Assembly: GCA_010405405.1 (NCBI GenBank)
Contig: MU004242.1
Coordinates: forward strand, 221,751 to 285,750
DNA from: Microthyrium microscopicum
Taxonomy: Eukaryota
DNA length: 64,000 nt
Direction of reading: 5' to 3'
Shown here: piece by piece, positions 1 to 12,923 of the stretch
Position numbering within the stretch: the first letter of the stretch is position 1
Layout: every line of letters begins with the position of its first letter
Translations under genes and position numbers: made by a program
Notes under the pieces: model-generated
Seen by the model: the letters and a program-made list of their open reading frames with translations, nothing else
Told to the model about the DNA's origin: nothing
Database searches by the model: none

Positions 1-1223
1 CGAACCGGATAATCCAGAGACGATTGTGTTTCCGTTTCCGCTGTTTACGACGTGTGTACACATGTTGGTGCAGTTTTGTCTGGCGAGTCTGGTGTTGTAC
101 TTTATGCCGGATTTCAGACCTACGAATGGAGAGGTCTTTGATCCGACGAGTCAGAAGCCGATTATGACGAGGATGTTTTATCTTACGAGGATAGGGCCTT
201 GTGGTGCTGCGACGAGTTTGGATATTGGGTTGGGGAATATGAGCTTTAAGTTCATTACGTTGACGTTTTATAGTATGTTGGCACGTCCTATTTTCCAAGA
301 CTGACCACTGACTGTTGTTTCTAGCAATGTGTAAATCCTCCGTACTCGGATTCGTCCTACTCTTCGCCTTCATCTTCAAACTCGAAAAACCATCCTGGAA
401 ACTCGGCGGTATAATAACAATGATGACTGTCGGCGTTGTCATGATGGTCGCTGGCGAAGCAGCCTTCAACCTCATCGGCTTTCTCCTCATCATGTCTTCC
501 GCTGCGTCCTCCGGCTTCCGCTGGTCTCTCACACAAATCCTCCTAATCCGCCATCCTGCAACATCGAACCCCTTTTCCTCCATATTCTTCCTCGCGCCCG
601 TCATGTTCATCACACTCCTCGTAATCGCCATCCCCATCGAAGGCTTCTCCGGCCTCGCAGCAGCATTTAGCGCACTCGTATCCGCAAAGGGACCTATACT
701 GGCTCCACTCATCCTCCTATTCCCTGGAATATTAGCATTTTGCATGACAGCTTCAGAATTCGCACTCCTGCAGAGAACATCCGTAGTAACGCTGAGCATC
801 TGCGGCATCTTCAAAGAAGTTCTCACCATCAGCACAGCCAGCCTCGTATTCGGCGACCAACTCACCCCCATCAACAGCGTCGGTCTCGTCGTCACCATCG
901 GCACAATCGGCGTTTACAACTATATGAAAATCAAGGCCATGCGCGAAGGCACGCGTGCGCAAATTCATGACTCCTATGAGCATGGGGAGTACACGCCCGT
1001 CGCTGGGTTGGACGACGATGATCTGGAGAGTATGGTGGGCGACAGTCCGGCTGAGGATGGGGGTCTGCTGGAGGGAAGGAAACGGGCCGCTACGGGCAGT
1101 GGGCTTAAGCCGGCGGGACTTATGGCGAAGAGCTTGAGTGTTTCGACGGGTGGTGGTGGTGGGAGGGGTTTGGATAGTCCGACGAAGACGTCGCCGCTTA
1201 AAAGGCCCGAGGATCTGGAATAA
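1..1223 (+). CDS. Triose-phosphate/nucleotide-sugar transporter family (SLC35C2/YMD8-like), 5' end outside window
   Basis: FPFPLFTT, ATSLDIGLGN, MCKSS and TLSICGIFKEV motifs and many TM segments; intron 273..324 (GTATGT..CTGAC..CTAG) joins ORFs 26..304 and 315..1223 as FY-T-MCK. Confidence 0.85.
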
Positions 1224-1794
1224 AGCGCAATCACTCGCCTGGGAATACTGGGCAATGTGTAAACAGTACCGAAAGGCCTGATCTAATAGTCCATCGGTTG
1301 GCTGTAGTTCATAGATACGAAACTTTTATATTCACAAGAACATGCGAAAACTTGCTGCTCTGAGTAGAAGCATCACACATTTCGTGTGTACATATTTTTC
1401 TAACATCGCATTTACACCAGTATACCATGCTCATCAAACAATATAAAACCATACCCCATCTGTCTCGGACTCCATTTCCCATGTGCAACTCTGTACCCTC
1501 TGCAAAAAAAAAGTCTCCGACACGCGTTTGTGGCGGCTTTGGCGTCTACTAGCTTCACGGCTGTTCTTTCTTAGCGCGTGCAACTAAACCCCTTTTGTTC
1601 TCACACCGTTCTGCCAATGCGACACTGATTCAACAACAAAGTCTCGGACTTTCGGCTGGTTGGAGAAATATCTCTCTTACGGTTCAATACTTTCTTTACC
1701 CCTTTCTGAGCTGTTGATATGAACGGCACTTTTGTTCGCTCGATATTCTTTCTGGATAATCTGCAGCGCTCAAAGGCCGCAAACTCGCAAGGAA

Positions 1795-1826
1795 GCTCGC
1801 AGGCTCGCAGGCTCGCAGGCTCGCTG
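1795..1826 (+). repeat. Short tandem repeat (GCTCGCAG) x~4 upstream of the TBC gene
   Basis: gctcgcag gctcgcag gctcgcag gctcgctg read directly. Confidence 0.8.
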
Positions 1827-1978
1827 ACGGTCGGAGCGGATTGTGAGCAGTCAATCAGCCTGGAAGTGACCACGCATTGACGACACGGATAATCTGGATT
1901 GATCATAACTCCCTCCTCCAAACGGCGCAGAAAGAATTTCTCTGTTCTCTTTCTTCCTCAACCTCTTCTCCGAACACG

Positions 1979-4404
1979 ATGGCGAAACCAACACAATCCC
2001 CGAAGACCACCGAAATGCCTCTCCCGCCCTCTCCCTCACCGCTCGCTCGCCCATCTAGCAAAACGTCCCGATTAGCCTCTTCGCGCCCACAGACGGCCAA
2101 GTCAGCCGCGTCGAAATCGTCGCTACTACACTCGGCTCCGTTGCATTTCGCGAGACCAGCGACTGCACATAACCACCCGTCGAATCGTTCGTCAACGCGT
2201 CCGAGTACAGCTACGGCTGCAACTACGGCTGGTGGAGTGGGCGAGTGGCCAGGAGATAAACGGCTGCCGACGCCAAAGATTGTGGTGCATGATGGGAGTG
2301 GCGAGGTAATAAGGCCGGATGCCGAAGCGGTGGCTGGAAACAGTGGTAATGGAGGAGAGAGCTTTTTACCGATGATACCAACGGGCGATCTGGATGATTT
2401 GGATGATTTGATGGGTTTGGATCGCATGCAGTTTTCGAATCGCGGAAGCATTATTATGCTAGATGGGCTAAAGAGGCAGGGAACTCCGAAGAATGGTAGT
2501 GCGGCGAAGTCAGGGTTGAGCAAGAGCAGTGGGAGTAATATGGGTCTTAATTCTAATGGTAATAATGGGACGGCCGGCACGCCAAAGAGTCCGTCGAAAA
2601 GTATAACGGAAGAGCCGCGTGGGACTCGGTCGGGGTTGTCGAGTCCTACGCGGAGTAGTCGAGTTTTGTCGGCCGATGAGGCTTCGTTGTCACAGCGGGT
2701 GCGGAGTATGTATGAGTATGGCACAGAGGACCCGTCACTAGCTGAACAAACGCTGCTAGAGGAAGATGAGGATGAAGACACAGGCTTGGAAACGACAAAT
2801 GGCGCATTGTCCCCCAATATACTCGATCGATCAGTCAGTCGGAACTCGACACGGAGAGATGGGCTGCCTAAATCACAACATGAAGCGGCTGGTGGCATAG
2901 AAGATTGGGAAGATATCAATGGCGACGAAATCGATCGCTACGGCTTCATTATCCCCCGTCCTAGCGATTCGCGTAGTTCGCAAATCTCTAGTACCCTCGA
3001 AAGCACTAGCCCCAGCGTCGGTCTCCAACGTGTATCAACCAGCCTTCTTGAAGCCAGCAACACTCCTCGCAAGCGCAGCAGTATGCTGCGCCGTATGCCA
3101 TCTCGTGCCAGCACCAATACAGTGGATGGCACCCCACGCCGTCAACCCTCGCGCCGCAGTTTAAACCCCAAAAGCACCGCCTCCATATACAGCCACAAAA
3201 GCAACAAAAGCGCAGCCGTCAACGGCAGCACCGTCTCCCTACGCGGCGACATGTCCAGCAAAGAGCGCAAACTCCTCGTCGCCGCTTCCGACATGCTCAC
3301 TCTCCCACCCGGTGTCGCCGAATCCAAAACCACCACCCCCGCATCAGCCAGCATCTCGCGCGCTGCCCGTGAAAAGGAATGGAGCCGTGAAGCCAAATGG
3401 AAGAAGATGGGCCGCTTACGTTCCAACAGCAACTCGTCTGCTGGCGCGAAAGAAGTCGGCAGCGGCATGCATTTTGACTTTGATCCACATAACCCAAAAG
3501 TTATAAGTCGTACCTGGAAAGGCATTCCCGACCGTTGGCGCGCTACGGCTTGGTATTCGTTCCTCGCTGCATCTGCACGCACACATCCAGCCAGTCCCTC
3601 GGAATCTATGCTACGCGCTGCCTTTCATGAGCATCAGTTGGAGAATTGTGCGGACGATGTGCAGATTGACTGCGATGTGCCGCGCACGATCAACAGACAC
3701 ATAATGTTTCGGCGCAGATACCGCGGAGGCCAGAGGTTGTTGTTTCGCGTGCTGCATGCGCTGGCACTGTATTTCCCGGAGGTCGGGTATGTGCAGGGGA
3801 TGGCGGCGTTGGCGGCGACACTGCTATGCTATTACGATGAGGAGCTAGCGTTCGTTATGATGGTGCGGCTGTGGCAGCTGAGAGGTCTTTCAAGGCTGTA
3901 TGAGAGCGGGTTCGAGGGGTTGATGGATGCGTTGACGGAGTTTGAGACGGCGTGGTTGAGGGGTGGTGAGGTTGCGAGGACTTTGGTAAGTTTGCTCCAA
4001 ATTCTCCTAAAATGCAGTTTATCTAATAGTTTCAACAGGAAGAACTCGGCATTCACTCGACCGCCTACGGCACCCGCTGGTATCTTACGCTCTTCAACTA
4101 CTCCATTCCGTTCCCCGCGCAACTGCGTGTCTGGGATGTGTTCATGCTACTGGGCGATTCAAGTCTGGCGTGTAATCCGAAGAATGGGTTTGGTGCAGAC
4201 TTGGATGTTCTGCACGCCACTTCGGCGGCTCTGATTGACGCGACGCGCGATATTCTTGTCACCTCGGACTTTGAGAATGCGATGAAGGTGCTGACGAGCT
4301 GGATCCCCATTAAGGATGAGGACCTGCTCATGAAGGTGGCGAACGCGGAGTGGAAGCAGCGGAAGAGGAGGGCGGCGAAGGAGAAAGAGAAGGAGAAGGT
4401 ATAG
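1979..4404 (+). CDS. TBC-domain Rab GTPase-activating protein
   Basis: DRYGF, WKGIPDRWR, IDCDVPRT (R-finger) and GYVQGM (Q-finger); intron 3986..4038 restores EELGIHSTAYGTRWYLTLFNY; long S/T-rich N-terminus. Confidence 0.9.
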
Positions 4405-7185
4405 GTATAGGTCGAGGTCGTGTTGTGAAGGAGGCCGGTTCTGAAGCTCAATGGTTGATGTTGGCTGATTTTGACTGTGACCGCAAAGAGTTTGTCAGCA
4501 TGGTGAGAGCACGCTATGTTCGCATAGAGAAAGATGGAGTGATACCCGCACAGAAGGCTGAAGCAATAGACATATACACGCAGAAAGACATTGCTCCAGA
4601 GTTGTCAATAACATATATGAGCTCTGGATAGAAACACTGTGGGCTGTAATAATGAACATTTTTCTTCCTATACAGACAGCAAATACTCGGCATCTGAGTC
4701 CACTATCTTACCGCACTAGGGTTTGGGAGTATTGAGAGTTGTCCAATGACATGTATACTTGGACTGCTTCTTGCGTTGTTATTTGACGGAGCTACTCTCG
4801 CGGTCTTGATTGAAGATAAGTTAGCCTTCTTTACGAGTAGAAGACATATATTGGATAATGCCTGGGCTCTTCTCCTTGTGAATGTGGTTGACAGTAGTTT
4901 TTAGGAAAACACTCACGACTAGTGATTCGAGTCTACTCAGTAATCTGCGAGTTTCCTCCTTGTAGTGTGGATTGAAATATAGTTTGAGGAGGAAAAGGGA
5001 CTTGCAGTCTTATTCGCAAACAAATCAATCATCTACCCACCTGAACATGTCACATCCCATTAAATGATACCCATTTTTTATGTAGGTGCTTACCACAACT
5101 AGACTGATCTATCGTGCTACCTTACAGAATGAATCATCTCTATGATCTAGATCATATCTCTACAAGGGATCACGAACAAATATCCATCCATCGATTACCG
5201 AACCATGCTCAAGAGTAGGCATCGATCTTTCTAGCTGCAAATGAATCCTCAAGAATCAACCTTTACCAGGATTGAATCCTTCACCACTACCAAGCCAGCC
5301 AGGATGTTCTTTCGGTATTCGCCTATCTAGCCAAGTGGGTGCTCGCCTGTCTGGGAAACGATTGTCTCCCGACCAGAGCGAAATAATGCCTGCGCACAAC
5401 CAGTTTTTGATTCGTAGCCTTGCCCTTTCTCGCTCGTGCTGGCCCCCAACAACAGCATACCAGCTCAAAAGAGTTATCCCGTTTCCTGGAAACTGGGACA
5501 TTGCTTAAATTCTACGCGAGGCAATGATAGGCAAGGCGGCTCGAATAGGCAAAGGATTGGACTTGGCTTAGGATTACGTCAACCTGCGTTGTACCAATAT
5601 GTAACCCGATGGCTGGAGAAAAGCACTGGAGCAGTGTCATACAACGAGAATAATGGGTTGTTCAGGATGTTCACGAGAATGACAAGCACATTGTGAACTA
5701 GCCGCAGTTGACGTAGGAAAAAGAAGTCTAAAGAACAATTCACCAGAATTGTATCGCCACTCTGCCAAGTTTTCAAGGACAAAAGTTGAAGTACCAAGTG
5801 GTGAGAAGTATAGCAAGTTTTAGCGACCTGTGGTGGTCGGCAGTCACTGATTGAATCTGATGGGCGAAGAAAAACGTGGCTGGAAAGCATGGCTCTTGGA
5901 AAAACGTGCCCAAGAACACGCGAAGGTGGCGTGGCAACCCAGTCAAAGGCGTGCCAAAACCGGGATGCTTGGCTAGTACAGCCGCTAACTTCGTCTTGGC
6001 TGGCTGACTGGTTAGAAAGCATCTTCAAGTTTGGGGATTTTCGTTGAACTTGGCTTAAGGTTGTGTGCACAAGTTGGTCTGCGATGCCCATGTTGGTGGT
6101 GGAAACCATGTAAAAATTGACATCGGAGAATTTCTTGAAAGTTGGATCTTTGGTGGAATGGGCGTTGTAGCTTGTGAGATAGAGCGATCCGTGGTTGAGA
6201 TGTGGGATCAGGCTGAGAAACAGCTTGTCAGCTTTCACTAATCCAATGATCGTACAGCGGACACGACTCCGAATGCCGAGTGTTACAGCGCAAGGAGAAA
6301 GCTAAAAGTTCACTTATATGGTAAGGTTGTCTTTTTGGTATTCGCCGAACGGTTGTACGGCATAACTTTTCCTCATTTTGGCTTGATTGCGGAATCCCAC
6401 GAGATCAAAAAACTCCAAGTAGTTGGTATTTTTACCACAATCTGACCCTCCATGGATTGATTGGAGCCAAAATACGAAGTGGGCTTGGACTTAACAAGAA
6501 GATATGCCGATCCTAAATCCAGGCGCATTTGGGCGGCTTCCATGTGTGGAATCCTTGGACAGTAAATCCTTCTTGCATCTGAACTTCGACGAATCTTGAA
6601 GCAACAACCAAGTTGGCTTCGGTTTGTAACCCGAGTGGAGATGTATCAGTCTGTGCTCTTGCCTGTTGTGGACATTACCCACTGGATCAGGAACTACCCT
6701 CCGAACAAACAATGTCCGACTGGGTAGCTTTTTTTTTGATAACATCTTCGTATTTCGTATATCGCTTGGTGGCTTGGTCAGAATTCTGCAATCTTTTGCA
6801 TTCAAAATGATACTTGTAAGCTGCTGTATATACTATATAGTAGTTTAGGTCACGAGTTTGCGGACTTGTAGAGTTGCTACAACGTGTCTTTGGTCCCAGT
6901 TTTGATCTTGCTCATGCTTCTATCACCCTTCAGGTATAGCTCTTTTCTCTTGTTTATGCAACTGCCAAAGGAAAGAAAGACCTCAGCTGTCAACGTTAAG
7001 CCCACATGGCTACTTCTTAATCTTTTCATACATACTTACGTAGATCAAATCCTGTTCTTCGGCTCTCAACCTGCTGAAGTCCGGTGCATTGCAGTAGTGA
7101 GAAGCTCTGCGTGGGAATGATATGATCCACGACTAGAGTAGTCATGATCGTCAAAAGATCAGCATATTATGCATAAGCGGATAAT

Positions 7186-10122
7186 CCCTTAACATCTGAA
7201 GCTATAAGAGGACATTGCATTAGCGTGCGGGACCCTTACCCCTTTAGGCCTAATACTATAGGTCGTGATGAAAATATGAACCTTAATATTTTGCTAATTA
7301 ACTAAGCGTTCTTAACCCCTAAGGCTTTTCCTCTACTAAAAATAGGATCATTAGACGCGCGACTTTTGGTTTAGTTAGCACATAAATTATCTTAAGTTTT
7401 AGTATTAAATTCACTGTTTGGTGCTTTAGTAATGAAACTTTAAGATTTTTTAGAGTCTACTACCTATTTATAGCCCTCTCTCGTTCTACGATTAATTACC
7501 TCTTACCCTACTACTTCCTTACTACTATGGACGATCTATAATAAGATCTTAAGCTAGAATTGCTATTAGACGCTAAAGATAAGATTTAGAGAGTAGAATT
7601 GAATGGTCTTGACGAGCTAAATATAGAGAATATAGTTTTAGATACTAAAGAAGAAGATTTAGATGTGGATGCTAAGGGAGAAGATTTCTACGTCCTACTA
7701 TCGCTAGAGGGCAGGTAAATGCTTCTTAGAGGTAGAGAAGTGATTAATGCGCGACTCGTAGGTATGAAGATAACTGTTTGGGGTTATGATGGATTTAAAT
7801 TTGAGCTAATGCTGCTACTAGATTATACTGAATTATCTGTTTAACTACCTATTAACTTCTACGACCCTACCGTCACCTCTTAATCTAAAGAACTCCGTAT
7901 TGAATTAGGTTCTAGAATTATTAATATTGCGCCCTTAGTAGAATATGTTTCCCTTCTCAACGTTGATGATCTAATGACGCGCTTTGACATACCTTTACGA
8001 TTCTTTAGCCTATTTATTTAGCAAGAAGACTACGAAGAGATTGCTTTTAACACTATGGAATATATGCGTTATTAGCTTAGTCTTTAGCCTAATGAAGCTG
8101 TTCCTATACCAATTATATTAGGTAATATTAAGATATTCTTTAGAATATATATTTATATAGGGGCCTACTTAATTGCTAGAGCTTTAGATCTTTGGTGCTC
8201 TGACGGCGTGAATCTATATTATACTATATGGTATTTTATGTTATAATATAAATTCTAGTATATTAAGAAGTATCTCTACCTAAGCCGTATTTAAATATAA
8301 GATACTAGACTACTAAGAGAACTAGATCCTGCTTCTACTACTAGGAATCTGTAGCGTAAATGGGAGTTAGTTTTTAATAAACTAGAACCCTTGGCGTTAA
8401 ATATCTCTTAGCGCTTTAAATTATATGTTATTCCTTCTAGCCACCTTGTAGTTAATGAGATAATGGTGAAATTTATAGGTAGATTAGCTAATATACTCTA
8501 TATTAAGGGTAAACTAATCCTAAAGGGGTATAAAATACTTATATTATGTAATTGTGGGTATATTTACGACTTATTATATACTACGCACGCGGGAAGGCCT
8601 TAATTAACGAGTGAAAATATTAATATTCTAGCCTATGGGCTATAGTAGACTCTACCTATTAAAGGACCTAGTTTCTTTACTAAATTAACTACTATAGCGC
8701 GGGTAGTAATTTAAATGTGTCTAACGCTACCTAATGATAAGAAATTTGTTATTTATTATGATAACTTCTTTAGTTCTATACGCCTGTTTAGCGTACTTCA
8801 TTTTTATAGAATCGCTGTAGTAGGTATAGCTCGTTTAACATAATCTAAGTACCCTTAATAGCATAAATTGCTTAATAAGAAGAAGAACTGTTAGGAATAG
8901 GGTCGTTAAGATGATGTAATAGTTTGAGATGTAGTTTCTACGGTGTAGAGAGATTGTATTCTTATGAGATTCCTAAGTACGTATTATAATATTTATAGTA
9001 CCAAAACTGCTTAAAGAACTCGCTCTACTATTATAAAGAAGACTATACGTTATAAGAAGGGCAAGATAGATTAAATTTGGGGTGAAGATCCTTAAAAAGA
9101 GCTTAAATAGCCTACTGTTGCTATGGATTATAACGCTTATATGAATAGTATTAATTTAGCTAACTAGCGGCGTGTTTATATTATATTATATTAAATAAGT
9201 AAGTTCTTTCCTTCCTATATATAACTTTCTTATTTTAAGTTTGTTCGTCCTGAAAATGGTACTATTAAAAAGCTCTACTCTTTCTAAACTGATATATATT
9301 TATTAAGCCTTAAGAAATTGGTTCCTACTACTTTATTTTAATATTAACGAAGTTGGTATAAATGCGTATATATTAGCTCTAAAGATTAAGCTAATAATGC
9401 GGCCTAATCTTGCTAAATCTACTAGTAACTATCTAACACGACATCTACTAAATTTAAGGCAATTTCAAACTAATCTAGCCTAGAATTTAGTTATCTAAGG
9501 GTATTTTAATAATAACGGACCTCTACTAACTGCTAAATTTATTAATAAGCGCACTAAAAGTAAGGTAGATTAGATTTATAGTATTAGAATACATAAAAAG
9601 GTTACTATTTATACTTCGCTACTAATATCTTGACTCTCTTTAGGTGCTTATAACTATGTAAAGCTCTCTCGTAACGGTAGAGGAATATGCTTCTACTATT
9701 AATAGCAAAAGGTGTGGAATTAGCCTAATAAATACGTTATAAAAACTAGTTTCTGCTATTTAAAATGTCTTAATATTTATTCTCTTTGTTTACTATGTTG
9801 GAGCGTATTTTATAACTATAGTAAGCATCTATTTTACTTATATTTTGGATAAGAACTAATAAAGATATCTTGTAGTATTTAAAGAGGATTATATAGATGT
9901 TAGTAGAGAGGTTAAATAAGACTATAATAATACTAAAATTCCTATTCTAAAAGCTCTTTAGACGTCGTAGTTAGCATTATTTAAGATAATTCCTAAGCCC
10001 CTATAGTAAATAGCCTCTCAGACATTCCCTATAAATATTACATATAAAGTAACCGCTTTAGTATTAGTCGCGCGGAATTCGTATGGTGGCGGCAAGCCCA
10101 AATGTCCTCCAGATGTTAAGGG
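7186..10122 (+). mobile_element. piggyBac-like DNA transposon, inactivated by RIP
   Basis: Inverted termini ATCCCTTAACATCTG (7184..7198) and CAGATGTTAAGGGAT (10110..10124) containing TTAA; AT-rich interior with strong TpA excess; decayed transposase motifs. Confidence 0.9.
7527..9852 (+). pseudogene. piggyBac-type DDD transposase relic with many in-frame stops (end approximate)
   Basis: One frame gives HLVVNEIMVKFIGR..KGKLIPKGYKI (8442-), YYDNFFSS (D at 8760) and DYNAYMNSINLAN*RR (9126-). After a putative intron 9199..9307 it gives LRNWFLLLYF..INAYIL and a Cys-rich C-terminus (TSFCYLKC..LCLLCW). Acidic N-terminus. Confidence 0.85.
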
Positions 10123-12923
10123 ATGCGTGCCGCCTTACTAGCACTCTCCGAGCAATTGGGGCAAACAGTTTCCTCGTACCATTGGGTCGGTTTGTACAAC
10201 CTCTATCCATGGATGAATCATCCATCGACGACTTGATCAGGGTTGTTTTGTTGAAATATTTCTTGAACAAGATCAATTTGCAAGAAAAAGGAAGATAAGA
10301 AATATATGGGGCTTTAATAACAAGTCTCATTACCTCGTACCTTGCATCTGATCCACGTCAATGCATTGTAGCCAATACATGATGTAGGGAAGAAACTGTA
10401 ACAGGTACTTGCTGATCCGAACCTGGCAATTTTATCAAGATGCCCCACTACTATCAAAATGTGTTCACTGCAGGCTAAATTAGGCAAGAGAAGATGGATA
10501 TTTCCCACTTGTGGCTGTTGTAAGCCATCTACGTTTTGACCACATGGGCGCCGCCCTAGGCGCAACATGAAGTGGAAAAGCACACTTCATCTTGACCCTC
10601 TCATTTCGCTTTGTACAGCACATGTAACTGCCCAGCACCCCGGGGCTTCTCTTCCCAGGCAAATGAAGAGTAATTCTAGCGCTTGCGTATATTGCATTTA
10701 CTCTTTTGGGAGCATTTGCGGCTCAAATTAGACGTTTTACGGCACGATATCAGCCATATCACCAAATTGGCAGATTGCATCAAAAATCAATTCGCAAATG
10801 CCAGCCCAAAACTTGCTTTTCTATGCTGAAAGTTCGCTACGGCTTTCCTAATTGCCCATACAAAGTCGTCTAAGAAGGAAATTATGCGGGGCTTCTATTA
10901 AGTGCAATAGAACCAGCTGATCTTCAAACTATACCTTGCACGATGAACTGTTCACACTGGCTTGCGGAAGTGCCAAAGGTTGAGCACAGCAATATGAAAC
11001 TACCTTGTCCATAGTATCACGCACACCTGGACAGTGATTGCCGCCTATCAAACTTTTGATGAGAAGAGGAATAAGACAAGGGCAAGCTCTCCCCAGTCTC
11101 CCAGTTTTTGACAGTTCCATTTAAGCTTGATTTCTTTTGCAATTAACAACAATGTCGTGCCGGACATTAAAATCTCCCATCGCCCGAGATTGGAACGATT
11201 GGCAGATTCTATGATTTCTATCAATAATGAGCTTCTAATTGATAGCAGCGCCTCATCGCGCCCCACCACGGGAGTTGGAGGCTTGCCAGCCCACGCCGTT
11301 AGAAACACCCGTTTGTCCAAGCTAGTTTTCGAAACCCGTGAAGCTATGAAGCTGGGGCATCTTCGCGGTTGGTGCCGTAACCGTGGGCCTACTAGCAGAT
11401 AGCCTTTCGTGGCCTGGTGGTCTCACGTCGCGCCTCAGTTCATTTGAAGCCATGAACATCAGTATCAAAGTGTCTCGACTCGGGAAAGATTGAGCGGCTC
11501 AACGCCGATATGGGGTTCGACCCCTCGTTCAAAGCTTTCCCCGGTCTGCCCTTTCTTTGTACAAGGTAGGGGTTGACTTAGATGGGTGAGGAGGTTGATC
11601 TTGCAGCACTAATACTGGCGAGAAATCTGACTTGATGCTCAAGTCTGAGCAATTAGAAGCTTCAGACAGGCATGGTCTGTCTTCTGTATCGGCCACCTGC
11701 ATATGATGCAGACCTTCAAGACCAGGCACGTCAAGGCTTATCCGCAACGGTCAAAACGCTAGCGGCCCGGAAATCGGTGCATACCAGCTTTCCACCATGA
11801 GCCTCGACGAGCCAGTAGTAGTAGGTTACAGTTCCGTAAGCTAATTTGACCTGTGTTTTATTTCCCAACTCAGTTGCGCCATGTTATGGCATGGACCACT
11901 GGCAAAGGCTTGCTGTTCCATGCCAAATGATACGCCCTCATCTGGAGCCTTGTCCGCTATGAGTACCCAAGGTACCCTCTCTTTTACGAGTGTAAAAAGA
12001 GGTACTTTTACTACTTCACCTGATATCCGTTTTGCATTGTTTCTTGAAGTTGCTGAACCATATTACCCGTCGACTGGAGTAACATTCCAACCTTTGCCCA
12101 ATCCATCCACGTTCTCTGACGATCATCTTCTGGACTCCCAAGACTTCCATTACTGCTCCGCCTCCCCGGGTAGAACCGTTATCCATCCAAGTCTTCGAAC
12201 CGTTGTCGATCTTTACTGCAGGGCAGCTTCCAGAGACTCGTCACGCACGCGCTCGTCACTCTTCGCGCGTGGCTGGCACGAGACTTTCCGCTTTCTGGAC
12301 TGGTCTTTGAGGATCGTCAACACCAACGACATAAAGGAGGGTAGAGTTTTAACGTCAAGCTTCTTGCGGTAATGCTTTTGTCGCTCCAACGTGCCTTGCC
12401 AGGCTGGTGGTAACCATTTCTTGCCCGCTCCTCGTGGCTTTCTGTTGCCTTCTGCGGATCTTTGGACAGAATCTCGCCAACCTGTCCTTGTTGCTGGGTT
12501 TCGAAGCCTTAGCCGGTAGAACGACTGATCTCGAGGCATTGCTTGGTCAATTCCAAGTTAACCTTTTCGCCAACCAATTCAACTCTCAATCCTATCCTGA
12601 AACGGAACCGTGGACCCTCAACTGTTTGTCGTCATTAGACATTATTCTTCAGTTAGGTATGCTTCTTCTCCACACTATTTGGTTACTTCTGCATGTTATT
12701 TTGGTATTTTGCCTCTTCGATCTCTGACCAGGTTGGATATTTTCCACATATAGATGGTGGTCCCTGTGCTCTTGCTTCCCCTTGTTTCGATTATTCCTTC
12801 GTTTCCCCAGATATTCTCAAACAAGCCCCTCGTTATCAAGCAGAGCTACAAAAGACTGCATCAACAACATTACTTTGGTCTCATTGATAACAGACAGACC
12901 TGTCTTTTCCATGAAACATTCTC

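Noticed and set aside
1903..2919. 338-aa antisense ORF over the TBC gene (also 15765..16484 over the LPMO and 14027..14614)
   Set aside because: Shadow ORFs of real coding sequence with no independent features
5579..6238. 219-aa minus-strand ORF
   Set aside because: Non-ATG start, no recognisable motif or splice context; cannot be supported as a gene
6599..7018. Peptide KPTWLLL in two opposite-strand ORFs
   Set aside because: Underlying DNA match is short and poor and does not extend; treated as coincidence
11489..11525. GGGGTTCGACCCC hairpin resembling a tRNA T-arm, plus TTGAGCGGCTCAA
   Set aside because: Loop is only 5 nt, and no D-arm, anticodon arm or acceptor stem can be built
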